Source of the DNA: a virus
Lineage: Duplodnaviria > Heunggongvirae > Uroviricota > Caudoviricetes
DNA: 7,259 bases
Strand: one strand, 5' to 3'
Virus record (IMG/VR): IMGVR_UViG_2671180921_000001
Shown: positions 6,311 to 7,259 of the stretch, piece by piece
Numbering within the stretch: the stretch's first letter is position 1
How the letters are laid out: each line of letters opens with the position of its first letter
Translations under genes and position numbers: made by a program
Notes under the pieces: generated by a model
Database searches by the model: none
Seen by the model: the letters and a program-made list of their open reading frames with translations, nothing else
What the model was told of the DNA's origin: nothing

Positions 6311-7259
6311 TTACGCCAGTTGTACAGACACGAATTCATCAGGGTCAGCCAGCAGCATCAGCGGTGCTGACTGAATCATAGTGAACTCACGCGCCGGATC
6401 GCCGGTGGTCACCCAGTTTTTCGGGTAACGGGCAGAGGCGTTAATGCCTTCGCGCTGTGCGTCCGCATCCTGAATGCAGCCATAGGTGCGCAGACCGCGT
6501 GCCTGAGTGTTCCCCAGCACCATCGTGTTGTCCGGCAGGAAGTTCTTTTTGACGCCGTTTTCCACGTACTGTCCGGAATAAACGACGATGGCCACATCGC
6601 CATACATTCCCTTATAAGACACCGCTTTGCCCAGGTCTTTCACCGCTGTCTCCAGCTCGGAATGAGAGCCGCGACGGGTATCCAGCTTATCCCTGACGGC
6701 TTTGAAGGAACGGAACAGCGCCCAGCCTTTCGGATCAAACACGATGATATTCACCACACCGCTGGCGTTCAGCGCGTAGGCTTCGATATCGTCGGTCGGG
6801 TCATACGTGGACTTGTCACGCTGGCTCCACTGCGTGCCGCCGGACTGCGTGATGTTATTCGCCGCACTGCGGCCCATATCCACTTCAACCGGATCGAAGG
6901 CTTCACCGGTCATGGTATATTTGCCCTTAAGCACGGCAGAAACGGCCTGCATCTCTTCGACCTGAGCAATGGCCAGCTCTTCGTCACGCATGTTCTGCAT
7001 GATGATGCGACGGCGGCGGTAAGCCGGGTCCGCCAGATTCTGTGGATCTTCATCCGGCAGGCGACGCAGGGTCATCTGCGGATTCACTTCATGCTTGGGT
7101 TTGACATATCCCGGCGTAAATTCAGAGGTGGAGCCGCCACGGGAACGGATAACCTCACCGGAAACAATCGGCGAAACGTACAGCGCCATGTTTACCAGTC
7201 CCGGAATTTGTGAGAGATAGACTTTCTCCGTAGTGAAGGGATAGCTCTCACGGAAAAAG
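6311..7259 (-). CDS. E: major capsid protein E, 3' portion (316 codons in window; 5' end beyond window end)
   Basis: The frame is open to the window edge. Reverse complement of 7189..7258 encodes FFRESYPFTTEKVYLSQIPGLVN before the internal Met of the track's ORF (MALYVSPIVSGEVIRSRGG...), matching lambda gpE residues upstream of that Met. The C-terminus ...LADPDEFVSVQLA and the TAA stop at 6311..6313 also match. Lambda gpE is 341 aa, so about 25 N-terminal codons are missing. Confidence 0.93.
   Translation of the reverse strand, partial: FFRESYPFTTEKVYLSQIPGLVNMALYVSPIVSGEVIRSRGGSTSEFTPGYVKPKHEVNPQMTLRRLPDEDPQNLADPAYRRRRIIMQNMRDEELAIAQVEEMQAVSAVLKGKYTMTGEAFDPVEVDMGRSAANNITQSGGTQWSQRDKSTYDPTDDIEAYALNASGVVNIIVFDPKGWALFRSFKAVRDKLDTRRGSHSELETAVKDLGKAVSYKGMYGDVAIVVYSGQYVENGVKKNFLPDNTMVLGNTQARGLRTYGCIQDADAQREGINASARYPKNWVTTGDPAREFTMIQSAPLMLLADPDEFVSVQLA

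Noticed and set aside
4655-6603. Other nested or antisense ORFs (81 aa at 4655..4900 inside U; plus-strand ORFs at 4731..5185, 5244..5522, 5554..6065 and 6081..6374; 64 aa at 6409..6603 inside E; 183 aa at 6662..7213 antisense to E)
   Set aside because: Each is embedded in or antisense to a confidently assigned structural gene. They have no RBS and no recognisable domains, and are best explained as chance open frames in GC-rich sequence.
1-7259. Hypothesis that the window hides a novel defence or accessory system (moron, toxin-antitoxin, CRISPR, retron, etc.)
   Set aside because: Every base is accounted for by the contiguous lambda E-FI-FII-Z-U-V-G-T-H-M-L genes, with at most 41 nt between genes. 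There are no repeats arrays, no unassigned ORFs with translation signals, and no compositional discontinuity that would suggest an insertion.

Overview
The whole window is the classical lambda (or near-identical lambdoid prophage) head-completion and tail-shaft module, read on the minus strand. In transcription order (high to low coordinates) it contains: E major capsid protein (3' 316 codons, 5' end beyond the window), a 41-nt E-FI spacer with a hairpin, FI, FII, Z, U, V, G, the G-T frameshift product, H (853-aa tape measure), M, and the first 14 codons of L. Gene order, protein lengths (FI 132, FII 117, Z 192, U 131, V 246, G 140, H 853, M 109 aa) and the proteins' sequences match my recollection of lambda; I cannot run an alignment, so exact identity to the reference is unverified. 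Genes are tightly packed, with overlapping stop/start codons and Shine-Dalgarno motifs before each start. I see no tRNA, rRNA, CRISPR array, insertion sequence, attachment site or host gene. All plus-strand ORFs in the track are antisense to these genes and I treat them as spurious. My honest assessment is that this is an ordinary, very well characterised region. I find no sequence evidence for a novel system, and the findings below are known or minor features rather than discoveries.
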